Part shown: piece by piece, positions 1 through 11,790 of the stretch
Layout of the letters: each line of letters opens with the position of its first letter
How positions within the stretch are numbered: position 1 is the first letter of the stretch
NCBI RefSeq assembly: GCF_004010195.1
Contig: NC_057718.1
Coordinates: 30,222,128-30,260,121, forward strand
DNA length: 37,994 nt
Reading direction: 5' to 3'
Source of the DNA: Chiloscyllium plagiosum
Lineage: Eukaryota
Program-made: the position numbers and the translations under genes
The notes under the pieces: model-generated
Told to the model about the DNA's origin: nothing
Databases searched by the model: none
What the model saw: only the letters and a program-made list of their open reading frames with translations

Positions 1-88
1 ACAAAGCGAAGAAAACAAGCAGCTGTGAATCCTTGTCTGATGAAGTGAGTTGCCATTTATTAGGGATGTTGTGGTGAAATAGTAATAT

Positions 89-304
89 GGGTTGAAACTT
101 TATTGCTGGAACAGCACAGCAGGTCAGGCAGCATCCAGGGAACAGGAGATTCGACGTTTCGGGCACAGGCCCTTCTTCAGGAATCAGGCCTGTGCCCGAA
201 ACGTCGAATCTCCTGTTCCCTGGATGCTGCCTGACCTGCTGTGCTGTTCCAGCAATAAAGTTTCAACTTTGATCTCCAGCATCTGCAGACCTCACTTTCT
301 CCTC
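89..304. mobile_element. Penelope-derived fold-back mini-element with hammerhead motif
   Basis: Perfect 81-bp inverted arms at 91-171 and 187-267, a 37-nt unpaired tail at 268-304, and a 15-bp TSD GTGAAATAGTAATAT (74-88, 305-319). Confidence 0.85.
148..185 (-). ncRNA. Minimal type I hammerhead ribozyme motif
   Basis: Minus strand reads GAUUC-CUGAAGA-A-GGGC(CUGU)GCCC-GAAA-CG-UC^-GAAUC: complete core, 5-bp stem I, 4-bp stem II, palindromic stem III. Confidence 0.8.
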
Positions 305-974
305 GTGAAATAGTAATATCCCCACCTCTGAGCCAGAGGGGCCCAGTTCAAGTCCCACCCACTTCAGAGGTGTGTAATACTACTTTTTGATTCAATAATA
401 TCAAAAAAAACTTCCTGAGAAAAACTGGCCAATATTTTAGTTGTATTTTCATTTGGTTCCAGTTCAGTGCTGAGTCTCTGTAACTGAACTTAATGTGTAT
501 TCTTTAGTCAAAGAATCTCAGAATCTCATCCTTTACTCTTCCTCTGTCATTAGTTCCAATTTGGATAATGACCTCCTGCTGATCCCTCTCCCCTTTGAGA
601 ATATTCCACACCCTCTCTGAGTGTTTAGTCAAGCCTGAGGTTTTACAATGGATTCTCATGTTAATCAGCTGTAATGCAATTAGCTATTAACTAATATGTA
701 ATAAATCTATTCTGTTTGTCAAAATTGAGCCTACTTTCTGCCAAACACTTTATGTCTGGAATCCTTTCCCACATAGTATCAGTAACTTAGACTAATACCA
801 ATAAGAAGAATTGTGGCAGTGGATCCACAAAAAGGCCTCTTATATAGTTTCAGCGGGCACATTCATGACATGAACCATGCTCAAAGGGGCATGAACTTTT
901 AAGCATCTACGATTTTCTTCATTTTTCATTGAACTTTCAAGAAGGGAGGAAAACCGCAGATACAGTCAGGTAAA

Positions 975-1131
975 AACTGAAAGAGCTGCAGATGCTGTAA
1001 ATCAGAAACAAAAGCAACAGTTGTTGGAAAGGCTCATCTGGGGAAGGGTCACCGGATCCAAAACATCAACTCTGATTTCTCTTCACAGATGTGGCCAAAC
1101 CTGGTGATCTTTTCCAGCACCTTCGGTCTTT
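975..1131. mobile_element. PLE-derived mini-element (distinct family) nested in CR1 ORF1
   Basis: 16-bp TSD GATA(C/T)AGTCAGGTAAA (959-974, 1132-1147); CTGCAGATGCTG terminus; degenerate hammerhead at 1038-1070. Confidence 0.7.
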
Positions 1132-2216
1132 GATATAGTCAGGTAAATGGGTTACCTCTACAAAAGATAGGAGGGGTAGGCAGATACTGCAGGAGTCTTC
1201 TATGGCTATCCTCAACTCAAACAAATATGCTGTTTTGGAAAATATAGGGAGTGATGGACTATCAGCGGATTATAGCATCAACAGCTAAGTTTCTGTTGGC
1301 TCTACTGTAACAAGGGGATGTCAGGTTCCAAGAGATCAATTGTAATAGGGGACTCTTCAATCAGAGGGACAGACAGATGTATCTGCGGCTGACAATGAGA
1401 CATCAGAATGGTGCCAGGATCAAGGATATCTCAGAGAGGGTGTGGAATATTCTCAAAGGGGAGAGGGATCAGCAGGAGGTCATTATCCAAATTGGAACTA
1501 ATGACAGAGGAAGAGTAAAGGATGAGATTCTGAGGAGAGAAAATAGCAAGTTAGGCAGGAACTTAAGAAGTAGGTTCTCGAGGGTAGTAATATCTGGAAT
1601 ACTTTCGGTGTCATGAGCTAGTGAGGTTAGGAATAGGAGGATAGAGCTGATGAATGCTTGGCTGAGGTGCTGGTGCAGGGGAGAAGGATTCACATTTTGG
1701 ATCATTGGAATCTGTTCGGAGGTAGAAGCAACCTGTACAAGAAGGATGGATTGTACCTGAAGTGAATTGGGAAATTTGCAAAAGCTGCTCTGTAAGATTT
1801 AAACTAGTAAGAGGCAGGGTGATGCAACCCAGGACATAGTGAGTTAAAAGATCAGTCTGAGACTGGTGCAGTTGAGAAAAGGAAAAAGCAACCAGTTAGG
1901 GCAGGCAGGAAAAATAAAGAGAATGTAGGGCTGATAAACTAAACTGCATTTATTTCAATGTGAGAGGTCTGACAGGTAAGGCAGAAGAAGTCAGTGCATG
2001 GTTCAGAACATGGGACTTGGATATCCTAGTAAGTACAGAAATGTGGCTCAGGGATGGACAGGACTGACAATTTAACGTTCCAGGGTACAGATGCTATAGG
2101 AAGGATCGAAATGGGGACAAAAGAGGAAGGGGAGTGGCGGTTTTGATTAGGGATAGCATTACTGCTGTACTTAAGAAGGATATTCCTAAGAATTTGTCCG
2201 AGGAGATTATTTGGGT

Positions 2217-2745
2217 TGTGACAATGTTGTCACATAAACAAGGTTGTTTTCTCTTTGGATTTTTTTTAGTGAGGTTGTCGAAGCAGAGCTGCCGAAGGGT
2301 CTAGGAAGAGCCTAGTTTAATAATGGCACGGGAGTGGCCACAAGATGCTGGAGTCCAGGAAGATTGCAAGCTTCAGCAGATGTTTCCTGACTGACTTTTC
2401 TCTCTGAAATCTCTTTGGATGTTGTTCTCTCCTGCCTGTAAGAATCTATGCTTCAATTTACCTTTTTGTCAAAGGGTGTGTTGATGGGATGTTACTGGAT
2501 TGGAATAGTTCCTTAGTTAAGTTGCTGTATAGGGTCAGTTAAGTTTTCCAACAGTCAAGTTATTCTAAATTCTGTTTTCTTTTGTTCATGTTTCAACTTT
2601 AGTGTTTAAATGAATTCATGTTTTGCTTAAAGCCAAGTGTTTTGACCAGTTGCATCTGCTTCACTTCTGCCTTTAAAATAAGAAAAGTTAGGGTCTGGGT
2701 TTACCTCTTAAAATATTTTGAGGGGGTCTGGCCAGGTCCATAATA
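2217..2745. mobile_element. Probable solo LTR inserted in the CR1 endonuclease region
   Basis: About 530 bp of non-CR1 sequence splitting ATTTGGGT / ...ACTGAGAAATAAG; starts TGTGAC and ends CATAATA (decayed ...ACA); flanks GGGT and GTGT resemble a 4-bp TSD. Confidence 0.55.
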
Positions 2746-5700
2746 GTGTGACACTGAGAAATAAGAAAAGGATGATCACTTTGTTAGGATTGTACTATAG
2801 ACCCCCTAATAGTCAATGGGAAATTGAGTTGCAAACTTGTAAGGAGATCTCAGTTATCTCTAAGAGTAAAAGGGTAATCAAGGTCAGGAATTTTAACTTT
2901 TCAAACATAGATTGGGACTACCATAGTGTTACGGGCTTTGGATGGAGAGGAATTTGTTGCGTGTACAAGAACATTTTCTGATTCAGTATATGGATGCACC
3001 TAATAGAGAAGGTGCAAAACTGGACCTACTCTTGGGTAATAAGGCAGGGCAAATGATTGAGGTGTCAGTCGGGGAGCACTTTCGGGCCAGCGACCATAAT
3101 TCTATTAGTTTTCAAATAACGATGGAACAGGATAGGCCGTATCTAAAGGTTAAAGTTTTAGAGGAAGGCCAATTTTGATCGATTTAGGCAAGAACTTCCA
3201 AACGTTGACTGGGGGCAGACGTTCGCAGGTAAAGGGACGACTGGGAAGTGTGAAGACTTCAAAAATGAGATAAAGAGAGTCCAGAGACAATATGTTCCTT
3301 AAGGGTGAAGGGCAAGGTTGGTAGGTGTAGGGAATGCTGGATGACTAGAGAAATTGTGTTTTTGGTCAAGGAACCGAAGGAAGCATAGTCAGGTATAGTC
3401 AGTAGGGATTGAGTGAATCCCTAGAAGAGGATAAATGCAGCAGAATTATAGTTAAGAGGGAAATCAGGAGGGCAAAAAGGGGACATGAAATAGCTTTGGC
3501 AAATAGAGTTAAGGAGAATCCAAAGAGTTCGACAAATTCATTAAGGACAAAATGGTAACTAGGGAGAGAATAGGGCCCTTCAAAGATCAGCAAGGCTGTC
3601 TATGAAGTGGAACTGGGGAACATGGGTGAGATAAATGAGTAATTTGCATCAATGTTTACTGTGGAGGAGACATGGAAGCTCGAGAACTTGGGAAAATAAA
3701 TAGCGACATCTTGAAAAATATCCATAGTACAGAGGAGGTGGTGCCAGGCATTTTAAGATGCACATAAGTGGATAAATCCCTGGGACCTAATTGGGTTTAG
3801 CATGGAACATTGTGGGAAGCTAGGGAAGTGATTACTGGGCTCTTTGCTGAGATGTTTGTATTATTGATAGTCACAGGTGAGGTGCCGGAAGACTGGAGGT
3901 TAGCTAATGTTGTGCCACTATTATAAAAAGGTGGTAAGGACAAGCCAGGGAACTGTAGACGGTGAGTCTGACATCGGTGGTGGGCAAGTTGTTGGAGGGA
4001 ATCTTGAGGGATAAGATTTACATGTATTTGGAAAGGTAAGGACTGATTAGGAATAGTCGACATGGCTTTGTGTGTGGGAAATCACGTCTCACTAACGTAA
4101 ATTGCATGTTTTGAAGAAATAACAAAGAGGATTGATGAGGGCAGAGCAGTGGACATGATCGATATGGACTTTCGTAAGGTGTTCGAGGTTCTTCATGGTG
4201 GACTGGTTAGCAAGGTTAGATCTCATGGAACACAGGGAGAACTAGTCATTTGGATCCAGGACTGGCTCAAAGGTAGAAGACAGAGGGTGGTGGAAGGTTG
4301 TTTTTCAGACTGGAGACCTGGTGCCACAAGGATTGGTGCTAGGTCCACTGTTTCTTGTCAGTTATATAAATGATTTGGATGTGAACATAGGAGGCATGGT
4401 TAGTAAATTTGCAAATGACATCAAAAATGGCAGTATAGTGGATGATGAAGAAGGTTACCTCAGAGTAAAATGTGATCTTGATCTGATGGGCTGGTGAGCC
4501 AAGGAGTGGCAGATGGAGTTTAATTTAGATAAATATGAGGTGCTGCTTTTTGGAAAGACAAATCAGAGCAGGAATTAAACACTTAATGGTAAGATCCTTT
4601 TTGTGTTGCTGAACACAGACACCTTGGAGTGCAGGTTCATAGTTCCTTTAAAGTAGAGTCCCAGGTAGATAGGATAGTGAAGAAAGCATTTGGTATGCTT
4701 GCCTTTATTGGTCAGTGTATTGAGTATAGGAGTTGGGAGGCCATGTTGCAGCTGTACAGGACACTGGTTAGGCTACTTTTGGAATTTATCATTCAGTTCT
4801 GGTCTCCTTGCTATTGGAAGGATGTTGTGAAACTTGAAAGGGTTCAGAAAAGATTTACAAGGATGTTATTGGGGTTGGAAGGTTTGAGCAATAGAGAAAG
4901 GCTGAATAGGCTGGGGCTATTTTCTGTGGAGTGTCAGAGGCTGCAGCATGACCTCGTAGAGGTTTATTACATCATGAGGGCATGGATATGGTAAATAGGT
5001 GGGGGAGTCCAAAACTAGAGAGTATAGGTTTAGGGTGAGAGGGGAATTTTAAAAGGGACCAAAGGGGCAACTTTTTCATGCAGATGGTGGTGCGTTTATG
5101 GAATGAGCTGCCAGAAGAAGTGGTGGAGGCTAGTACAATTACAACATTTAAAAGGCATCTGGATGGGTATATGAATAGGAAGAGTTTAGAGGGATATGGG
5201 TCAAATGCTGACAAATGGGACTAGAAAATTTAGGATATGTGGTCAGCATGGAAGAGTTGCACCAAAGGGATGGTTTCAAGAAGTACAGCTCTATGATTCT
5301 AGGACTCTATAATCAGGGTTGATCTTCCAGCTTGATAGTAATGGCAGAATGAAGGAAATGTCAGGACTAGAGGTTAGAGGTTGTCATTGAATGCAATTTT
5401 CATGCTGCTGGATTTGACATATTAGATCTGTTCAAAATCTGTCTCAATTATCCTGTGGTAGTGCCAGAAAACACAATGGAGTGTATGCTCAGTGTAAGGA
5501 GAAGAAGCATGGTTGAGCTCTGTTCAGTAGGCTATTTGAAACCCAACTTGTGTAGCTAATTTGTTTCATGCTGCTACTATGCAGTAGCAACATGAATGGT
5601 GTATGCCATTAACAGGATGCTGCCATTTGGGAAAAAAATGTTCTGCTGTCATACAAATGAGTAATGTGTTATGTGAATTTCAGTATCAATATGATGCCAC

Positions 5701-5899
5701 ATATGTGAGTTGTACATACCAAAGATTGACAGATCATATCAAACAAGGGATTGCAACAAAGGTATCTTCAACTCTTTGTAAGAAGAAAGGGACTGACCAT
5801 ATCCAACCAGTCTGGGGTTATAAACTTTGAATACAGAGTCTTAACATTCAATGTGATTCTGCAATTGAAAAACAATGATCATCCTGAATTTGCGAAGAA

Positions 5900-6230
5900 T
5901 TATGCCAACAATCAATTTAGGAGTGTCAGTTTTTGCTTGCTGTCTGGTGCTGGAAACTCTGTATATCTATTACAATGTGGTGTACATGAACTTTCACCGG
6001 GTGTTTAATATAGTGCTACACAACAATCTTATGAGGAAAGTTCTAGTCATGGAATAATGTGAACACAACATTGGAAACAGAATAATGGTCAATGGATATT
6101 TTTTGGGCTGGGGAAAATTTATAATGGAGTTCCCTAGAGTTCAGTATTGGGACCCTTGCCTTTCCCAATGTGTATTAATGATCTACGTCTTGGTGTGCAG
6201 GGAAATGTTTCAAAATTTGTAGATGACAAC
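5900..6230 (+). mobile_element. Old CR1 RT fragment
   Basis: VVYMNFHRVFNIVLHNNLMRKV and GP..F.MCINDL..GVQGNVSKFVDD (decayed YMDF.KAFD and KFADD motifs). Confidence 0.75.
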
Positions 6231-7798
6231 TGCATCTCTTCTCTTCTTGCCTCCTCAAACAATGCTATGAGTACAGCGTCTGAAAAATCTGAAGCCATCT
6301 TTCTTTTTCATGCCATCATTCAATTGTTCAATGAGAGTCACTGTTATACATGATTGTCAGCACCTACACAACCTCTTTAAGAGACTCAGGCTAGATTTAA
6401 ATGGAATTTTCCACTCACTGTGTTGGCCTTCTTCTGATACACCCAAGCAATGAACAGCATGATTAGCATTGGCTGAATGCGGAACTTAGTTAAAATAACA
6501 AGCCACACTAGGTTTGTACTTTGCCTGCACTACTTCAAATTGGAGCTGATAAATTGCCTGCTTTCAGGAGCTATCGAATTTTATCTTTCATGAGTCATAA
6601 ATACCTTAATTTCCCAAAATAAACCCTGAATTTATTGTTTACTTCATGACTTGCAGAATGTTTAAAGATATTTAAAATATTTCTTTAATATTTTGTTGGT
6701 GTGTGAGTATTTTAAGACAGTTTGATTGTTTGTTATTTCTTTGGCTCTCGGTCGCCAGGCAGTTGTACTTTAATTTCTGTTCAGTATTTCACATGTTAAG
6801 CAGAAAGTTTATAGTCTCTTCATATTGCAGAACTGCTGACACAAGTAGTTCAGCAGTTGTTAAAATTGCCCCAATGACTAACATGATAGTTTGAACAAAG
6901 CGTGAAAACAAGATAAGGATGTGAAGAAGTATTGAACAGAATGAACATACAAGATGTACCTTGTCTAATTGCACCCCTCACTCATCCCCATCGTTCCTGC
7001 CCCATCTGAATACAGGTATAGGCACTTTTGTATAAATCACCTGGCCACTCTGTTAGTGCAGGAACCAAAATAAATTCAGATTATTTGGTAAAGATTTTAA
7101 AATAACTTGCCTATTCACAAGCACATAGTAACAACTTTGTTTTATAAACACTTGTTTGTTGCTCCTTGTGCATACTGTTTGGAAATCTTGCAAAATGTAT
7201 TTTTCTTTTAATTTCCTTGAATTATTTGGTGATATAGAACAATGTACAAAGAGGTGATGCAGAAATCAACACTTGTTCAGAAAGAAGTAGGAACAGTTCA
7301 AATGGCTCAATTTGTCCATTGGCCCTGGAGTTTTGCTACCTGGATTTTCATCTCAGTTTGTGTTTATCTTATTACCAGAACTTATATGATTTCCAAAGGT
7401 ACTCACGGACTGTACAATCTTTACAGATGAGACAGTAGTGAATGCAGTGATAGTACTAAACCAAATGAGGACGCTAATAAAACTATGACTGTGCTTTTAA
7501 CTTCCAAGGTCAAGAATGTTATCTTGCAAATTTGGTGTTGACTTTAGCAGAAATTTCAAACTGATAGTATAAATGACATATCAGAAGTATAATTAAAATA
7601 GAGCAGACTAAGGAAATAAATTAAGTGCACTTAAAGTTTTTTTTAACCTTTAAATGAAATTTAGTTTTAAAATAATTTGCATTTCTATATATAAAAAAGA
7701 ATCATACATGGATTGTTATGAAATTTTAAGTTTTCAATTGTATTGAGAAATGGAAAATAGTACTTATACACTTGGAAAAAACATATCCTTTTCAAATA

Positions 7799-7811
7799 GT
7801 TAATGATTTTT
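7799..7811 (+). promoter_or_regulatory. HNF1-like site (putative)
   Basis: GTTAATGATTTTT vs consensus GTTAATNATTAAC, about 70-80 nt upstream of the TATA box. Confidence 0.45.
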
Positions 7812-7854
7812 GGTCCGCTTACACTATCATCTGTTAAGCGCTGAAAAGAGTCTG

Positions 7855-7867
7855 AAGTCCAAAGATA
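7855..7867 (+). promoter_or_regulatory. HNF4-like DR1 site (putative)
   Basis: AAGTCCAAAGATA with a CAAAG core, just upstream of the TATA box. Confidence 0.35.
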
Positions 7868-7880
7868 CCAGATGAGACTG

Positions 7881-7887
7881 TATAAAA
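7881..7887 (+). promoter_or_regulatory. TATA box of SLC3A1 (putative)
   Basis: TATAAAA about 80 nt upstream of the ATG. Confidence 0.6.
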
Positions 7888-7963
7888 TATAATACCTCCG
7901 CCATTCAGTTCAGAGTGGTAGCTACACAAGTAAAAAGTGTGATCACAAAGCGAGAGTTTTAAG

Positions 7964-8423
7964 ATGTCTTTTGACACAAATCAAGCCAATCTTGAGAATA
8001 TGGATCTGGAAGAGATAAAAGGTAAAACCAACCAAGCTTTTGAAGAAGATGAAAGTCAGGAAAGAAGATCTTGCAAAATCAGTGAATCTAGTGAAGGCAC
8101 TAAACCAAAAGAAGAGCCTGATAATGCTGTGAATATACAAAGTGACAAAAATGACCAAGTGAGCATATGTTATGAAGTTGGACCCTATGCTGGAATGCCG
8201 AAAGAGGTCCTAATATGCTATTCAAATCAATTACGTTACAGGCTGCCCAGAGAAATTATTTTCTGGCTCATTCTGGCAGCCACGATTGTTCTGATAGCCT
8301 GCACTATCACCATCATTGCACTGTCGCCCAAGTGTCTGGACTGGTGGCAAGCCAGTCCAATCTACCAGATTTACCCACGATCCTTCAAAGATTCTGATGG
8401 GAATGGTATTGGAGACCTGAATG
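7964..8423 (+). CDS. SLC3A1: SLC3A1 exon 1 (cytoplasmic N-terminus, TM helix, Cys for the light-chain disulfide, start of GH13 domain)
   Basis: [10 protein letters not shown]...[64 protein letters not shown]; donor G|gtaagc at 8424; 460 nt, phase 1; Cys codon TGT at 8333-8335. Confidence 0.96.
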
Positions 8424-8464
8424 GTAAGCAACAACAATTCTAGAAGAAAAACAGCAGATGCAAT

Positions 8465-8985
8465 GCTCAGCTTTGGTCTCTTTATTTAAGAAAGAATGTA
8501 AATGCATCAGAGGTCATTCAGACGTTTACTAGATTAACTCCTGGAATGAGTGAATTGTTTTATGAGGAAAGGTCGGACAGACTAGACTTGTTTCCACTGG
8601 AGTGTTGAAGAGTGAGGTGGCGTGATTGAAATATATAAGAAGCTGAATGGTCTTGACCTGAAAGCTGGATATGAAAAGGATGTTTCGTTTTGTGTGTGAT
8701 TCCAGTACCAGGAAACATTTTAAAAAATATAAGTTCCTCTTTCAAGATGGAGATGATGGGTTTTTCTTCTCTCAGAGGGTTGTGTAACTTTGGAACTATG
8801 TCTCAGAAGGCAGTGGAAGCAGGATCTTTAAATTTTATGGCAGAGGTAGATTGATATATATTAGATAACTGAATCAAAGATTATCAACTGTTGTCAGAAA
8901 TGTGGAATTCGAAACATGAAAAATATCAGCCATGATATTATTGAATGTGTCATGGGCTGAATTATCTACTTCTGCTCTGATTGTA
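8465..8985 (+). mobile_element. Old CR1 3' fragment at the start of intron 1
   Basis: cagctttggtctctttatttaagaaag (QLWSLYLRK), ttctctcagagggttgtg...tggaac, CR1-like 3' UTR. Confidence 0.7.
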
Positions 8986-9714
8986 TGAAGAAGTGTTTGC
9001 TTCTCTCTCTCAAAATGGTAATATGCCTGCTCCCACAATAGCTACTGAAGCAATGCCCATATTATGCATGCAAGTGTCTAGACCAACTTGTCCTGACTGT
9101 ATCCTAAACTCAACAATTAAAGACAAGGCACCAGTGGAATGACTACTTCCCCTCATAATTAATGCACATTCAATGAATCAACAGTAGTTGCACCTTTAGA
9201 GTTTCCTCACTGAGAGGAATACTTCTGATATTTAGGCCTGGATTCAGAATCATTCTATTCAATGATGTCAGTTACATTAGTCACTAGTCATAGATATGTA
9301 GTTATAGCATTATATATTTTGTAAAGAAAGCAAATCTGACTGTGGACACGAAGGGAGGTATGTTCATTTTATTGAGATAAAATATAGAGGTAAGCATAAA
9401 ATTGGGAAGGGTTCCACTCAGGTGTGGCTCAGGTTTTTCCACATGATTGTGTTCCCAACTCATTATGTATTTATGTTTTGATGAAGTTTCATAGTATAAT
9501 TCTTTGGGAAGTTGAGTTCAAAAATGGAGGAATGATGTTTTTGCTTTAAGTTTAATTTGTGTTTCTACATTGTGTGAAGGGGAAGACATGGGTTATTTTG
9601 TTTCATTTTAGAGTTGTTCTGTGAATGATGTGAATTTTCTGGAGTATTGCTTTACTTGTAATCATTTAGATGCAATCTTTAAAGACCTTGAAGTGAATAG
9701 AAACATACGATCCC

Positions 9715-10179
9715 TATTGTGCGGAAAGAGGCCATTCAGCCCATCAAGACAACCCTCCGAGGAGCATCCCACCCAGACCTAGCCCCCTACCCTATTCCCA
9801 TAAGTAGCACTTATCGTGGCTAATCCACCTAGCCTGCACATTCCTGGACACTACAGACAATTTAGCATGGCCAATCCACCTAACCGGAACATCTTTGGAC
9901 TGTGGGAGGAAAATGGAGCCCCCAGTGGAAACCCATTTACGTATATTGAGAATGTGCAAACTCCACACAGACTGGAATCAAACTTGAATAAAGCGAGGAC
10001 TACAGATGTTGGAATCAGAGTCGAGAGTGTGTTACTGGAAAAGCATAGCAGGTCAGGCAGCATCCGAGGATGCAGGGCTTATGCCTGAAACATTGATTCT
10101 CCTGCTCCTTGACTGAAATCAAACTTGAGTCCCTAGTGTTGTGAGGCACAGTGCTCACCACTGAGCCACTGTGCTGCCC
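9715..10179 (-). mobile_element. HE1-type (V-SINE) tRNA-derived SINE with nested PLE mini-element
   Basis: Minus strand GGGCAGCACAGTGGCTCAGTGGTGAGCACTG head, TGTGTGGAGTTTGCAC core, CCCACAGTCCAAAGATGT, CR1-like tail. Confidence 0.85.
9988..10110. mobile_element. PLE-derived mini-element
   Basis: 18-bp TSD GACTG(G/A)AATCAAACTTGA (9970-9987, 10111-10128); same terminal sequence as 89-304; partial inverted arm starting in hammerhead stem II (GGGCTTATGCCTGAAACAT). Confidence 0.8.
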
Positions 10180-11592
10180 ACTGATACTTCAGTGCATCAG
10201 AAAAAAACATGGAAGAGAGAAAGAAAATTGGGTTGTTAGCTAATAACAAGGTGTCTAATGATATAGGGAGACAGAAATAGAACAAGTTCATTTTGAAAGG
10301 AAAGTTCATTCAGAGAAGAAAGGGAGTATAGGAACGGAGGTACTGTTTATTTATCAGTCCTCAAAACAGCCAGGGCAGGACGAGGGAGAAATCTGAGTAG
10401 CTTAAACAAAAAGGTCCAGAAACAGAAGGCTGTTAAAGATATGAGTTTAAATAACACATGTTAAGAAACAAGTAAGCTAAAGTTGCAGCTTGTTTAAGGG
10501 TTACAGGAAGAAACATTAACATTAAAGAAAGAGTAATGAGTGAATACTGAAACTGGTTTTAGTTGTGCTAGCTGAGCTTTAAAGTGGAGATAGGGTTACC
10601 TTTTACTGGCTGAAGGATTATGGTGTCTGGAAGGGATAAAAGAGTTGAATTTTTTTTCCTGGCATTTATAGTGAGACCATTCCAAATATTTCTTGCGTAA
10701 TGTAACATGATTTCTGTTTTTCTTTGCTTTCATGTGATAAGCTTTTACGTTCTTTGGTTAAAAGCGCATTGGTAGCCTCATCTGAAGACTTGTGCTCCTG
10801 AACTTGCCATGCTCCCAGCCAAACTGTTCCAGTACAAAATAAAAACATCAGAATGGTTTGAAAATAAATCAGAAACTGAAAATTCTAAAGTTCACCCTCC
10901 AGTAACTAGATTAGATAATGGAGGTATTTGATGAGTTAAATGAAATATTGTGCTATTTTCCATAAAATTATTAAGGTGACTTACTAAATCTATTAAAGAT
11001 TCAGAAATTGAGTTGTGTATGAAAGAAAACATCTTTGGCCATAAAAAATGTTCATGTAGGTTATGTGTCACTCATGAAACAACACGCATACAAAATCAGT
11101 CAATGGAAATTAGGCCAAGTTACAGAAGAGATCAAGTTTAAAATGCACAATGATATTAAATCAAGTCACAGTAGAAGTGGTCACCTCTTTTAACAATGTC
11201 TAAACACGTGGATCACATTTACATAGGAACATAAGAACATAAGAGATTATTGTATAGAAGTTATTGCAAAGTCATCAAGATGTACAGCACTGAAACAGAC
11301 CTTTCGGTCCAACTCTTCCATGTCAAACAGATATCCTAAATTAATCTAGTCCCATTTGCCAGCACTTCATCCATATATGTCTAAACATTCCTGATTCATA
11401 TACCCATCCAGATGCCTGTTAAATGTTGTAATTGTACCAGCCTCCACCACTTCATCTGTCAGCTCATTCCATACATGCACCAACCTTTGCATGAAAATGT
11501 TGCCCCTTAAACCTCTTTTTAATATTTCCACTCTCACCCTAAATCTATGCCTTCTCTAGTTCTGGACTCCCCCAATCCAGGAAAAAGACCTT

Positions 11593-11790
11593 CAGGTCAG
11601 GCAGCATCCGAAGAGCATGAAAATCGATGTTTCGGGCAAAAGCCTTTCATCAGGAAGGGCATTCTTGATGAAGGGCTTTTGCCCGAAATGCCAATTTCCT
11701 GTTCCTCAGATGCTGCCTGACCGGCTGTGTTTTTCCAGCACTACTCTGATCTAAACTCTGGTTTCCAGCATCTGCAGTCCTCACTTTTGC
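11593..11790. mobile_element. PLE-derived fold-back mini-element nested in the CR1 3' end
   Basis: 16-bp TSD CCAGG(A/G)AAAAGACCTT (11577-11592, 11791-11806); inverted arms, each with a decayed hammerhead. Confidence 0.85.

Larger units (their letters stand above)
63..380 (+). mobile_element. Old tRNA-derived SINE head, interrupted by the 89-304 element
   Basis: With the insert removed it reads GTGGTGAAATAGTAATATCCCCACCTCTGAGCCAGAGGGGCCCAGTTCAAGTCCC, which has A-box and B-box-like motifs. Confidence 0.5.
930..5310 (+). mobile_element. Near full-length decayed CR1-clade LINE (ORF1 SGNH esterase, endonuclease, RT, 3' tail)
   Basis: ORF1-like GARIKD...IGTND...VVISGIL; endonuclease YYRPPNS, LDLLLGN, SDHNSI; RT C-terminal QFWSP..KDVVKLERVQKRFTRM; ends in ctatgattctaggactctat; many stops and frameshifts. 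Confidence 0.92.

Noticed and set aside
89..304. MITE/DNA transposon or pre-miRNA interpretation of the palindromes
   Set aside because: The inverted arms are not terminal (one-sided tail), TSD length varies from 11 to 18 bp, and the sequence matches the 3' end of a coding Penelope-like element at 17329
92..313. Small ORFs such as QAASREQEIRRFGH (similar ones at 19553 and 22577) as a peptide family
   Set aside because: They recur only because they are translations of the repeated non-coding pLTR; starts and stops are not conserved
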